DNA from: Octopus bimaculoides
Taxonomy: Eukaryota
Direction: 5' to 3'
NCBI RefSeq assembly: GCF_001194135.2
Contig: NC_068981.1
Span: forward strand, 143,089,116 to 143,153,115
DNA length: 64,000 nucleotides
The notes under the pieces are model-generated. The model searched no databases. It was not told the DNA's origin and worked only from the letters and a program-made list of their open reading frames with translations. A program made the translations under genes and the position numbers. Within the stretch, counting starts at the first letter, position 1; every line of letters starts with the position of its first letter. Below, in pieces: positions 25,582 to 38,071 of this stretch.

Positions 25582-25671
25582 AACAACAAACAACATGAGG
25601 ACAAATATGTGTCAAATGTAAATAATGTACATAATTCCTGATCTCTTAAATGTAGATCAATTTAACTTTGG

Positions 25672-25885
25672 TTTCAGATTTTAACACAAGGCCTTCAGGT
25701 TCGGTGGCAGGGGGAGGAAATTGATTACAGAGACCTAAGTACTCAAATCATAGTCATTTTATTGAACTCCGAGAGTGGATGAAAGGCAAAATCGACATCG
25801 GCAAAATTTGGACTAAAACTTAAAGACGGACGAAATACCGCTAAGCATTTCGCCTGGTGTGCGAACGAGTGCGCCAGCTCAACCC
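25672..25885 (-). mobile_element. SINE family A, diverged
   Basis: Reverse complement of head and core (GGATGAAAGGCAAAATCGAC, GACGAAATACCGCTAAGCATTTCGCC). Confidence 0.75.
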
Positions 25886-25934
25886 CTTGATTTAACATTT
25901 TATATTGGTTTCAAAATTACATCGTCTCTCGTGC

Positions 25935-26063
25935 TCAACTGATACTTATTTTATTGATCCCGAAAGGATGAAAGTCAAAGTCGACCTCGGCGGCATTTCA
26001 ACTCAAAACGTAATACCGCACAGTATTTTGCTGGCGTACTAACGATCCTGTCAGCTCGCCGCC
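25935..26063 (-). mobile_element. SINE family A
   Basis: GATCCCGAAAGGATGAAAGTCAAAGTCGACCTCGGCGG ... CAGCTCGCCGCC. Confidence 0.8.
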
Positions 26064-26616
26064 TTAATTTAACATTTTATATTAAAATCAATGTATACTT
26101 GCTTCTAATAATCTCTTCTCATAGGTGTATTTAAGATCATATTTGAGAAAGCAGTATCTATTTGTTAAGTCAGTAAATGTAATAATCACCAACACACGGT
26201 GTTTTCTGCGTTCAGAATTAGCATCGATTACATGTAAACTTTAATTTGGGTTTTCTTCTATGTTAGCTTAATATGAATTGTTTACTAACTCTTTAACACA
26301 TGTCCGCATATTTGGAGATATGTTATTATCGATTATATCCTTTTTAATAATTCTGTGGTGGGTATTTAATCAATTGTTAGGGTAAGTGATAAAATCAACC
26401 TGCCCAACAACATTTTAAATTGGGAGGTGAAGATTCGAACAAAATACCGCAAGGGGTATTATTCAACGCTTTAACTATCCTACCAATCATCTTAATATGT
26501 AGATGTCCACTCCTCAAAAAGGCTTAATACCTCGATGTACCTCATACTCTTTTCACTTTCCTTCAAATAAGACTCTGTATCTGTCTTTGTCACCTTCTGT
26601 CATTCTCTCCCACTCA

Positions 26617-26657
<41 letters not shown>

Positions 26658-28015
26658 CTTTCCCTGTGTTCTGGTAAACAAAAAATCCTCCGAAATTTGA
26701 ATATCTCAGCCAAAAGTCTTTTTTTTTTTTTATTGGCCATTTTGAAATTAAAGAAATTCAATTAATATGAAACCTGGAAATTTTTCTGTACTTTAACAAT
26801 AATATTTTTCAACGATTCATGGAACTGCTTTTCTAGTATCAGTTTTTTTTTCATTTTGATGTGTATTTAGAATTACATAAAAGTGTGTGACGGAATTTTT
26901 TTCAAATATACAAAGCACTGACGTGCGACATCTACTGTTTCATTGCTGTTCCTAGAATCTGGAGCAATAATGCAGAGGTTTTTTTTTCGTTGTCTTATAT
27001 GATATTACATTGTATGTTGTTCACGTAGGTGTTCTGCATACTAACTACATATTTTGTACAAGGGATTGAAAAATTTCGATTCAACCGACACCATCCAAGT
27101 AAATGGAGGAAAAATTTTAAAAAGACCAAATATGGGCATTTGTTTATTAATTACTTTAAAACTGGTCAGGTGAACGAACGGTTTTTGTTCACTGAATTAT
27201 ATATTAACGGTTCCTCATGAAGATACCATAGACTCCGTTCGGGCTCCAAATATCAACCGTTCTAAAACCTCATCGAGGAATGCGAAGGAAAGCAGAGCAT
27301 TTTCCAAGGATTCTTTGGACACAGTGTGAGGCGACTGTTATTGCAGCTAGTCCTAATTCATCATAAGACAAATACCACTGTGAGTGCTATCCAAACTACA
27401 ATGGTGAAATTAAACCACTGGATTTTTTTTTTAAGAGACGACGAGCAACGGCTAGAAGAATATTGAGTGAAACCTAATAACCAGTTGATTTAGTAAGCAG
27501 GGCTTATTTCAATGAAATAGGGGCATCGCAATGAATCCGTCGAGGCAAAGACACCGACACTGTGTGCAGTCTCCCCTGACGACCCCATAAACTTGCTAGA
27601 ATCCGTTATGCGTAGCTTTCAGCTGGTAGCACTTCCATCTGCAAGTTGTTTGTAAAAAATCTATATGACTGCACGGTATGTATAAATAGTTTATAGAACG
27701 CTACTCTCTATAATTTAGCGACCGTCATATAGTTGGTATTCATAAGGAGAAGCAGTATAGGCAGTCTCAAAGTTTTATATACATTGACCAGTCTTAATAT
27801 GGCTGAGCTGAATATGCGTCACCGAAGGAAAAAAGGTACTGAGTATGAATTCTTATTATATTTATATATTTGGAACCTTTGTTTATCATGTAATTTCTTC
27901 AACTTATCTCTAAGTACATGTTTTTTGTATGAAATACATTAAAGCTTTGTAGCTATTATACACGCTTAAAATAACAATGGGCTGAAAGTTAAAATGAAAT
28001 ATACCAGTTACTGTA

Positions 28016-28226
28016 CAGGTTGTCCACAAAGTCTGGGTACATGGAGTTTAACACATACTTTAAGAAATTATTATTTCTTATATTTAATTGTTTATATTAT
28101 GATTTTATTTACTCCATGTACCCACTGGGGATTAACACATACTTTAAGAAATTATTATTTCTTATATTTAATTGTTTATATTATGATTTTATTAACTCCA
28201 TGTATCCAGACCTTGTGGACACCTTG
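28016..28226. mobile_element. Tc1/mariner-type MITE with an internal 84-bp tandem duplication
   Basis: TIRs of about 32 bp (CAGGTTGTCCACAAAGTCTGGGTACATGGAGT and ACTCCATGTATCCAGACCTTGTGGACACCTTG), TA on both sides, duplicated block at 28048 and 28132. Confidence 0.85.
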
Positions 28227-28302
28227 TATATGACAGTTCACGTAGTTAGACATTGATATAGGTACGGGAGGCCATGAGTGTAATAATATTTGTGTAGTTA
28301 TC

Positions 28303-28500
28303 AAGAAGCTGAACTAGCAAATCGTTATCAGGCAAGACAAAATACGTTGCACCATTTCGTCTGTCTTTATGTTGCTAGTTTGATTTCTTCCGATGTTTAC
28401 TTTCAGGGTCGATCAAATAAGTACAAGGTATGTACTAAGATCGTTGTAATCGACTTACCCCATCCCCTGAAAATGTTGGCCTGGCACCGCAATTTGAAAT
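28303..28500 (+). mobile_element. SINE family A, old copy
   Basis: Degenerate ATTTCGTCTGTCTTTATGTT, CAGGGTCGATCAAATAAGTAC and tail CCCCATCCCCTGAAAATGTTGGCC. Confidence 0.6.
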
Positions 28501-28501
28501 C

Positions 28502-28958
28502 AGGTGTAGCTGTGTGGAAAGAAACTTGTTTCCCAACGATATGGTTCAAGATTCACTTCCACACCGTGGTACCTTGGTCATGTGTCTAGTATTATAGCCT
28601 CGGGCCGATTAATGACTTGTGAGTGGAGTTGGTAGACTGAAACTGAAAAAAGCTCGTCGTATACATACATATATATGTATATGAGTGTGTTTGTTTGTGT
28701 GTGCATGTGTGCGTGTGTATGCATGTATGTATGTATATGTACATATCTTTTTGACTGTTTTTTGCTCCCCCTATAGCCACTTGTCAACCGGTGATGGTGT
28801 ATCTACGTCCGCGTAAGCTAGCGGTTCAGCAAAAAGGTATGATAGAATAAGTACTAGGCTTGTCAAATAAGTCATATATCCGATTTGTTCGACTAAAATC
28901 CTTCAAGGCGATGCTCCAGCATGGCTGAAGTCAAATGACTGAGACAAAAGAATAAAAT
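28502..28958 (+). mobile_element. SINE family B
   Basis: Colinear with 2719-3141 (TATAGCCTCGGGCCGA, GGCGATGCTCCAGCATGGC). Confidence 0.8.
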
Positions 28959-31003
28959 AATTTGCGGAGTTATTATTTTGAATGAAAGAATTTAGAATAA
29001 AAAAGAAGAAAAAAAGAAAAAAATATAGACGATGGTCGATGAGTTGGTGAAAGAAAGAGAAACAAAAAAGATTAAATTGAGATTAGAAACCACATGAACA
29101 GGATAGCACACGAAATAGAAGTAAAATATAGAAAAATGAAATAAAGAAGAAATATTAAAAAGGTAAAATTGGGAGAGGCAATTGCGAAGGTCATGTTGAA
29201 GATTAAATAGAGAGGAGTAATAAAGGAAATAATAATTTTAGTGGAAGAAAAGACCATAAAAAGAAGAATGAAGATTGAAACTAAAGAAGGAAGAAAAGAA
29301 ATACAAGAGGCAAAGGAATTACAGGAGTAAAAGAAAAAAAAATAAATAAATAAAAGCAATTAGAAATAGGAAAGAATGGAAGAAAGGAAAGCGGGTGGGG
29401 TGGGGGAAGAACAGAAAAGAAGAAAGGGAAGTGTTTACACAACATGTCAAAAGGAATTGACAGTAGCAGAGTAAATAGAGATTAACGTTATAAAGATATT
29501 CGAAGAAAAGACATGAATGGCGAAAACAATAACATAATTTTAGAAATTAGTTAAAGTGGTAAAACATACTTTTTTTTTCATGACAATGTCTTATACAGAG
29601 TGGTTAGGACAGCGCTTATTAATCTTTTCAAACTGTCTGTGTTTAGTGGAAGCAGATACGAAGTTATTCTCAACCTAAAGACGTTTCCTTAAAGCCTAAA
29701 TATTGTGATCCTCGCTTAGGACAACGCCAGGTCAGATAGGGGCATTAAACTCAGCGGTGGATTGAATGCTAGCTAGATACAAGGAGAGAAGCGCTCCATA
29801 GAACGGCTCAAATAACAAGCTTCCATTTTTCATGTAGTTTCCATGAATGAAACTTTGGTGGAGGACAGGTTTTCAGTATGCCGCGCAGTGAAGTTGCGAA
29901 AACAAAATCGTATAGAAATAAATAAGGAAGTAAAGGATAATAAAGAAAATCCTTAATTTATGGATATTTGTCGTTGTAAGTCAGTCAGCTATCAACATTG
30001 AAAGAGGAGATCAAAAACCAAAAGGTTACAGTATTGTGCTATATCTATGAATGTAGTTTAATATATATCCTTGCTTTCTTTCAAGGTGTGATGCCAGCAA
30101 GATTTGACAAATATTTCTCGTATCGAGAGAATATATTGAGGCACTCCCCTCTGTTTCTGTTGTTACTGCAGTTCTTATTGTTCACCCTCGGAATAACCTT
30201 CACCGAGAAGCTCTCTGATGAATGACGAGAGCTGGTGGGTTAAAATGTCTAAAATACCATTTCCATCGAAATTTCACTGCCATTTCTAGCAAATCCAGTG
30301 ACATCTCTTTTGCCTCAATTGATTATTTGGCTGTAGCGTACGATGAAGGATGGACAAAAGAAGAACATGTGGAGATGAATATATATATATGTATGCTGAA
30401 ATGAAAATGACTAAATTAAAGTTTAAACGAATTTCAATTTAATAAATGAAGAGATTGTTTCACAGCTTAATTGATTGATTGAAAGTCTGATTGCAGAAGC
30501 GGATGCATTGATAGTTGTATAGTTGGGTGTCTGGTAGAACATTTGGATGTGTAAACCAATATATTAATGAAAAGCAAATGTCAAGTTTCTGGAATACTGA
30601 GGAAATTGTGTGTACTTTATCAAACAATCTATACCCAATCTTAGAATAACCTTTGCTGATTCAATCCTATTTCTATCCAAAGTCAGAAATTCGATTAAAA
30701 TCAAAATACAGGACTGGGAAGTCAAAGAAATCCACCGAACAACCCCTTTAAGATGTGTTGCCACTAAGTTGTGGTTTGCTTTCTATCTTTGAGTGAACTC
30801 CGACTAAATAAAGTTATAGCGCTCAACCTATGACAATTATAATATTCCTTTGGGTGTTGTACATCGAGAACTACATTATCAAATTTGTCAGTTACTTTTT
30901 CAGTTGTATAATGGTGATTTAAGTGGGATCTGGTTGCTAATCCGTCAATTCCTCATAAACAATCCATTGTCTAATCTACCGACAATATACAGCTCAGATC
31001 TCG

Positions 31004-31200
31004 AGGCGGTGACCCGATAGGATCGATAGCACGCTGGGAAAGATACTTAGGGGCTCTTCGTCCGTCTTCACCTTCTGATTTCAAATTCGGCCGAGATCGA
31101 TTTCGCTTTCATCCCTTCGGAGTCAATAAAATAACAGCAGTTGTTGTAATGAACTGATTCCCTTCCTCCAAAGTAGTGGCATTGTGCGAAAATTTGACAC
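31004..31200 (+). mobile_element. SINE family A, old copy
   Basis: GGCGGTGAC head, TTCAAATTCGGCCGAGATCGATTTCGCTTTCATCCCTTCGGAGTCAATAAAATAA. Confidence 0.7.
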
Positions 31201-32645
31201 TAATATACGGTTCAGACATTGATAATGCAGCAATCAGTATTAGAAAATGAATGGCTATAACAAAGGAACACATGCCTGTCCTTTCAGTAAAACCAATTAA
31301 AGTTTTGTAATTTCTGTCGAAAAATCGCTGTCACTACATAAAAATTTCGGTAATTTGTTTTTTTTGTTGTTTTTTTTTAACTTTATATGTCTATACAACC
31401 ACTTCAGTTAATCCCGCACACTTCGACTAATCCTCAACACTGTGTTTCAGAGGGTAGAAATACAATTGGGAGACAGTCAATCCATTCTTAATAATCAAAA
31501 CTTCTAATATTGAAATACCTTTCTGCTTCTCTCATTCGTTCATTTTTAGAACTACTAATCTTCAGACGCTCAAAGTGATTATTAAGTTACTCAATTGGAC
31601 CTTTCCTGTAGCCTAACATATTTCGAAATGTCTGACCTTTTTTTTTCTCTCTAAAATAGACAATTTACCGTCAATTTTCACCAATTATTTATTTTTTCGA
31701 GATGCTGGTGTATTTTTATATTTAGAATCTAAATCTATTTCTGATTTGCAGAAAAAGAAAATAACTGAGACTTAACTACACTTCTTGTTACATTGCAGTG
31801 AATAGATACAGCTCTTAGCGAAAAATATATCTTTCAGTAGAAAAATAGTATAAAGCATGCGTATAAAGACAGAGAATTTTGGGATTGAAAGAGCCACAGG
31901 GAACTCGTTAAATTGGTGGTTGGCGATATATAAGCATCGAATAATATATTTAATAAGACTGAAGAAACAGGGACAATAATTTGGCAGCTAATTCAAAACG
32001 GAGGCAAGAAGGGCTTACATGATAGGGAAATATTTGATGGTGTGAAATTATAAACTGATCAATTATTGGAATGTAATTTGATTGGAGATATATACTGATA
32101 CGTGAATGACGAAATAAGTGGCTACCTGACTAAATAACGTTATTTATAAATATTTGATTATGTGCATGCAAAAACATACTCATCTGATGGAGACATCTAA
32201 GGATATGCAGACTAGTTGAGAGATTTGGTGTATGGATATAGGGATCGAAGGATAAAGGATGAAATTAGTACATATGTACAGTGATTACAGTAGATCAGTC
32301 CACGTCAGCAAATTTACTTTCTTTAAGAAAACAGCAGTCTACAGTTTCGATGAAAATGTAGCATAATATCCAGCAGATATACCGAACTCTTCGGGAGTCG
32401 CTCCTTGGTTTATCTTTTCTACATATGGATGCATGATGACCCCGCAAACCTGCACGTGCCTGACAGTAAGTTATATATATATATATAAATATATATATAT
32501 ACGTATGTATATGTATGTATATGTATATATATAAATATATATATATACGTATATATATGTATGTATATGTATGTATATAAATATATACACGTATATATAT
32601 ATGAATATATGCATGTTCGTATATGTATATATAAATATATGCATG

Positions 32646-32686
<41 letters not shown>

Positions 32687-32832
32687 AATGCAAATAATGN
32701 NNNNNNNNNNNNNNNNNNNNNNNNNNNNNNNNNNNNNNNNNNNNNNNNNNNNNNNNNNNNNNNNNNNNNNNNNNNNNNNNNNNNNNNNNNNNNNNNNNNN
32801 NNNNNNNNNNNNNNNNNNNNNNNNNNNNNNNN

Positions 32833-32864
<32 letters not shown>

Positions 32865-32879
32865 TATATGTATATAATA

Positions 32880-33007
32880 CAGTTCTATATTTAAGAGATG
32901 ACGAATTATGTACATTATTTACATTATTTACAATTGACGCATATTTGTCTTCATCTTGTTTGTTGTTAACACACCGTTTCGGCTGATATACCCTCCAACC
33001 TTCATCA
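32880..33007 (-). mobile_element. Solo 3'-end fragment of the tRNA/hammerhead PLE pseudo-LTR
   Basis: Minus strand TGATGAAGGTTGGAGGGTATATCAGCCGAAACGGTGTGTTAACAAC...CTTAAATATAGAACTG; same end point as the arm at 13640. Confidence 0.85.
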
Positions 33008-33319
33008 CGTAGGAATACTTTATTTCCTTTAAATATGGTACCAAAAACTATGTTTAAACATTTATTACTCGTTCCATTCCATAATATATTTTGAATTTTT
33101 AAATGACATGTCTTTCGATATTTCATTATTCTCATGTATATTTTTACCTATACTGTATATATTTATATATTTATTTGTTCTTGCATATCTTTAACATTCA
33201 TATATATTTTGATATTTCTATGTCTTTATATTCTGAATGTATTAATATGTGCTGTAGACAATTCTATCATGTTAAATACGCATATGTATACACTAATCGT
33301 GGTCCTTCTTTGTATCTCT

Positions 33320-33488
33320 TTTACTTGTATGTGTTTGTGTGTGTCTGTGTGTGTGTGCCTGTGTGTGTGTGTATGTGGGTGGGTGGGTGTGTGTATGTCT
33401 GTGTCTGTGTGTGTGTATGTGTGTGTGTGTATGTGTGTTTGTGTGTCTGTGTGAGTGTGTGTGTGTGTGTTGTGTGTGTTTGTGTGTG

Positions 33489-33526
<38 letters not shown>
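33320..33526. repeat. Imperfect (GT)n microsatellite
   Basis: Direct reading. Confidence 0.9.
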
Positions 33527-33528
<2 letters not shown>

Positions 33529-35357
33529 ATAGCCATGTCTGCAAGACGATTTATACTCACTTGCAGATAAATGCTGAATGATAAGTTGTGTGCAAGGCGA
33601 TGAGTCTGTAATATATTAGCGATAGTGTAGATGTTTTAGCTTACTTAAATATCAGAATCAGGTGTATTCTTAGAACAAATACTTTATATCTCCTCTACAT
33701 GTTGCTTATAAAATTTCTATTTGTCTGGCCTATACGCAAATTTGTATTTAAACGTACATATATGTACACAGAAACGTACATGTACACATGCCACAACACA
33801 CACACATACACACACAAACTCACACACAAACGGACATATACAAATGCATGTATGCATGTATATGTGCGTGTGTGCGTTTGTGTTTTTGTTTGTATTGCAT
33901 GTACGCACATACACACAAACAAATAAAAGAACGTGTAGATTGGGAGAATGATTGATAGGCAGTCAAAAATGCATGCATGCATGTATGTTCACGTCTATGT
34001 ACGTATGTATTCATGTATGGCTGTATGCCTGTGTGTATGTAGATATGTGTGCATGCATATATGTATGAATGGATGGAGGTGTGTATGTATGCAGAGATGT
34101 ATATGTTTAAATCAGTCAATCAGTCCTTCAGACTCTAGATATTATTAAGATCTATGTAGTTACGCCGTGCATAATCCTATGAAATCAAATTCAGGATTAC
34201 ACTTACAGAGCTAAGACTATTTGATCTAAGAGTAATAGTACAAATAAAAGAACACATAGGACGTGTTATTTAAGCTGAAATTGAAAGACAATGACATGCA
34301 GCTAAAATAGCCTGTAGCTATCGAAACCAATAATAATTTACATGAGATGAATAATAGTATGTTACGTATCACTAAGACCACTTCCAAAGTCCTATACGAT
34401 TAGTCATCTTTCTATTAAGTACGACATGAAATACATTCTACTCTGTAGTAGTATTTGTCATCATTGATTATTTCCATAGTTTTTTATCATTATTTTATTA
34501 TTATTGTGTTTTATTTTGCTGCATTTTTTTTAAATGTTTAACTTTATTGTTTGTTATTTTATTGTTGCTTGCTTTCTCACATTCTCTTCAGCACAAGTAA
34601 CGGTAGTGATAAGAGCTCGTGTCGGTCTGAGACTGCGGAATTTTTTTTATCAATGTTTACTTTAATGAAAACGCCTGCAAGTCATGTTGTCGTGTTGTGA
34701 CCTCTTTAGAAGTCTATCACAAAACCGTAACGCTATTCATGTCACTCACTTTACATATTTCTCTCCACCATTGTCTCTCCCTATTTGATTGAAATGTACA
34801 ATTTCCAACCATCCCTAACACATCCCTATGTAATATATGTATGTATATATATATATATACATATATAGACGTATGTGTAAATACATATATGTATATATAT
34901 GTGCATATATATGCATATATATATATATATANNNNNNNNNNNNNNNNNNNNNNNNNNNNNNNNNNNNNNNNNNNNNNNNNNNNNNNNNNNNNNNNNNNNN
35001 NNNNNNNNNNNNNNNNNNNNNNNNNNNNNNNNNNNNNNNNNNNNNNNNNNNNNNNNNNNNNNNNNNNNNNNNNNNNNNNNNNNNNNNNNNNNNNNNNNNN
35101 NNNNNNNNNNNNNNNNNNNNNNNNNNNNNNNNNNNNNNNNNNNNNNNNNNNNNNNNNNNNNNNNNNNNNNNNNNNNNNNNNNNNNNNNNNNNNNNNNNNN
35201 NNNNNNNNNNNNNNNNNNNNNNNNNNNNNNNNNNNNNNNNNNNNNNNNNNNNNNNNNNNNNNNNNNNNNNNNNNNNNNNNNNNNNNNNNNNNNNNNNNNN
35301 NNNNNNNNNNNNNNNNNNNNNNNNNNNNNNNNNNNNNNNNNNNNNNNNNNNNNNNNN

Positions 35358-35402
<45 letters not shown>

Positions 35403-35699
35403 GTATACATACACATACACTTGCACACGCAAGTAGAAACACACACACATGCACTCGCGCGTACAAACATACACACATACAAGCTGCGATGAGTAAATTG
35501 TGGCCATTTTATATTTTTAGTTGGATGCATGCAATGTTTTTGATTTTGTCGACTACCCATAATGATAGGGTCCGTTGGACACCGTATGTGTGTAAAACAG
35601 CACCATGACAGAATTCATATTGCCAGACATTTGGAAACGACATGCTATACTGCTTGGCATTCGCACCGGGGATTTCCAACACTAACATGTCAGAAGGTT

Positions 35700-36961
35700 T
35701 AGGTGTCAAAACTGTGGATGGTACAATCTGACGACATATACTGAGAGTGATAAAAATCCTGAAGCTTGGATTTCTGTTATTGGCGCAAATGTTGATTTGT
35801 TAGCTGAATGCTATCTTTCTGTTTCTTAGAATTTTGATCTGGGATCTGTGCAGGCCCATCCGTTGACGTAGACTGATTTTTGCTTGTCCTATGTATTGCT
35901 CTTCACACCCAGAGCAGGTTAATGCGTATATCAGGTTCTCCGAAACACACGTGAAGCTCCTTTTCACAGTGAAACGTTGTCCCTGTTTGAAGGAGAATTG
36001 TCACATATCCCACAGTTGGGTCTTCCGCATTTTCTTTATTGGCGGCTTCATTGTTGTTGTTGGGCGTATTCGGGCTTGTAGTAGGAGACCTTTCATAAGT
36101 TTGGGCTGTCTCTTACATTTTATGATGGTGTGTGTTTGGAGGATTAAGTTCATTCTGTGATACTTTTTTAGCAGGGGAATGTTTTGCAGGATGGTATCGA
36201 AGGCTTCACTGTTAAGAGGGTTGTGTATAGAAATGTATGGTAGGGCTTTTGGTTGTAAATCCTTCTTTAATTTGGGATGTCTGAGTTCATGGATGTTGAG
36301 CTGCAGGGCACGTTGAAAGAATATGTCAGTTATTGATTTTGGGTAGTTTCTGGTGATGAGTGTATCCTTAGTTCATGTCGTCGTGTGTCCCTGATGCTTG
36401 CATTAAAAGCTATAGTACATATCCGTTTTGTTAGGTTGAAGGGGATATTCATTCTGGTGCGTCGGGGGTGGCATGAATTGAATGGTCGATATTACTTGGA
36501 GTCCGTGGGATTATCGTATATATCTGTTTCTATTACGTTGTTAGATTTTTTAATGAGGATGTCGAGGAAGGAAAGTTGTTGGTGGCTATATTCCATCATG
36601 AATTGAATGTTTACGTCAAGTCCATTTATAAGTGCTTGAAATTCTTTAAGTCTCTCTATACTCTCATGCGAATAATGAAACATTAATCCAGGTAACGCTT
36701 CCAGTTATTTTCTATGTAGAGGGAGAATGGGCTGTCATATTTTTTCTAGAACCTTACGGTAAGGACTAATTTCTAAATATCCCATGACTAGGTTAGCAAA
36801 GGGGGGTGGGGGGTTCATTCTCGTACCCAGCGTAGGATATTAGTAGGGTGTTTTTGTTTATTGTTTCAGGAAGGTGATTGAGCATATCTAGGTCGTCCCT
36901 TATGTAGCATTTGATATGATTGAGGAATGGTTTTAAGAGGGTATCTAAAATGTTACTAGTA
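35700..36961 (-). mobile_element. Second PLE family, 5'-truncated (RT C-terminal half, thumb, GIY-YIG)
   Basis: SNILDTLLKPFL..YIRDDLDMLNHLP; GTRM..FANLVMGYLE; LSFLDILI..ETDIYDNPTDSK; FTCVSENLIYALTCSGCEEQYIGQ. Confidence 0.85.
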
Positions 36962-37103
36962 TCCTTGGATGTAGTCAACCTCTATTCCAATATCCCCCAC
37001 AACCTATAAATTAGTATTTATCGTAAGGTTCTAGAATAATACGCCAGTCCATTCTGCCTCTACATAGAAAATAACTAGAAGTGTTACCTGGATGACTGTT
37101 TCA
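36954..37103 (+). mobile_element. Inverted RT fragment of the second PLE family
   Basis: Plus frames LLVSLDVVNLYSNIPHNL then ISIYRKVLE*YASPFCLYIENN*KCYLDDCFIF; 37010-37095 is an inverted repeat of about 36690-36775. Confidence 0.8.
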
Positions 37104-37104
37104 T

Positions 37105-37915
37105 TTTCTATTATTTCTTTCACCATCAATTTATCCGTTTTCAGTATCCCCAAGTACTTATAGCCCGTCTATTCTATCTGCTTCATAACCTCCCCCCGAC
37201 GGTATCGCTAGCCTGTCCATACATTTGATTTTCCCTCTCTTTAAGACTGACACACCTCACTTTTTCAGTCCGAAATCCATTCTGATATCAGCGCTGAAAG
37301 TATATATTGTGTCAACGAGGAAACTGACTTGTATATATTGAATCAACGAGGAAAGTGGTTGACTTTTTGTTGCGGCTTTTGAGTGCATATCCAGCCTTCG
37401 CCGTCCTGAGTATCAGTATTAGTGTTATCATGCACAGTACAAAGATCAGTGGGCACATGCACCCCTTGGAAGATGATTCTCCTGATTTCTATTGTCCCTA
37501 AACTTCTTCTATATGCTGTCAGTTCCGTCCTCTACTTCGCCATACTTTTTCGAAGGAATCGCTCAACATTCGATGCAATACCAAAAAGGTCCATAGATTC
37601 CATAATCCAAGAATGTGGGATTATATCGTACGCCTTACGATAATCAATCTATCACATGGCTAAATTACTTTTCCTCTTCTTGCAGTCTCTAAGTACAGTT
37701 TTGTCTACTAGGAGTTGATACATCGTACCTCAGCAGTTACGCTTGCAGCCCTTCTGCTAATGTGAGAGTACTCGATTTTTTTGATGTTTTTAATCAGATA
37801 TCCGTACATTGACTCTGTGACTATTCCTGATGTGGCAAGTAAGGTATGGACCTCTAATTGTTTGCCGTATTGCCTTTTTCGATGTTTTTCAAGCACAACA
37901 CTGCCCTACCCATTG
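37105..37915 (-). mobile_element. R4/Dong-like non-LTR retrotransposon RT fragment
   Basis: WLSMGRAVLCLKNIEKGN; DKTVLRDCKKRKSNLAM..IDYRKAYDIIPHSWI; IFQG..CPLIFVLC; FSADIRMDFGLKK; YKYLGI. Confidence 0.75.
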
Positions 37916-38011
37916 ACAACCACTCTGGTGTTACTTGCCTGGCATTTAACAATATGTTGAGCTGTACAGCTATTCGTGCATGATATTCACCAAAACATTT
38001 GATCCAGTAGC

Positions 38012-38012
38012 C

Positions 38013-38071
<59 letters not shown>

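Larger units (their letters stand above)
22504..25655 (-). mobile_element. Near-complete Penelope-like retroelement (RT plus C-terminal GIY-YIG) with 3' pseudo-LTR, partial 5' direct repeat and 5' inverted pseudo-LTR
   Basis: Inverted repeat of about 22504-22908 against 25220-25655. 14-bp TSD ATCGATTTAACTTT (22490-22503) and ATCAATTTAACTTT (25656-25669) with one mismatch. PLE ORF motifs lie between. Confidence 0.9.

Noticed and set aside
34600-34650. Hammerhead-like GTGATAAGAGC...GAGAC
   Set aside because: Too many core mismatches and no consistent stems.
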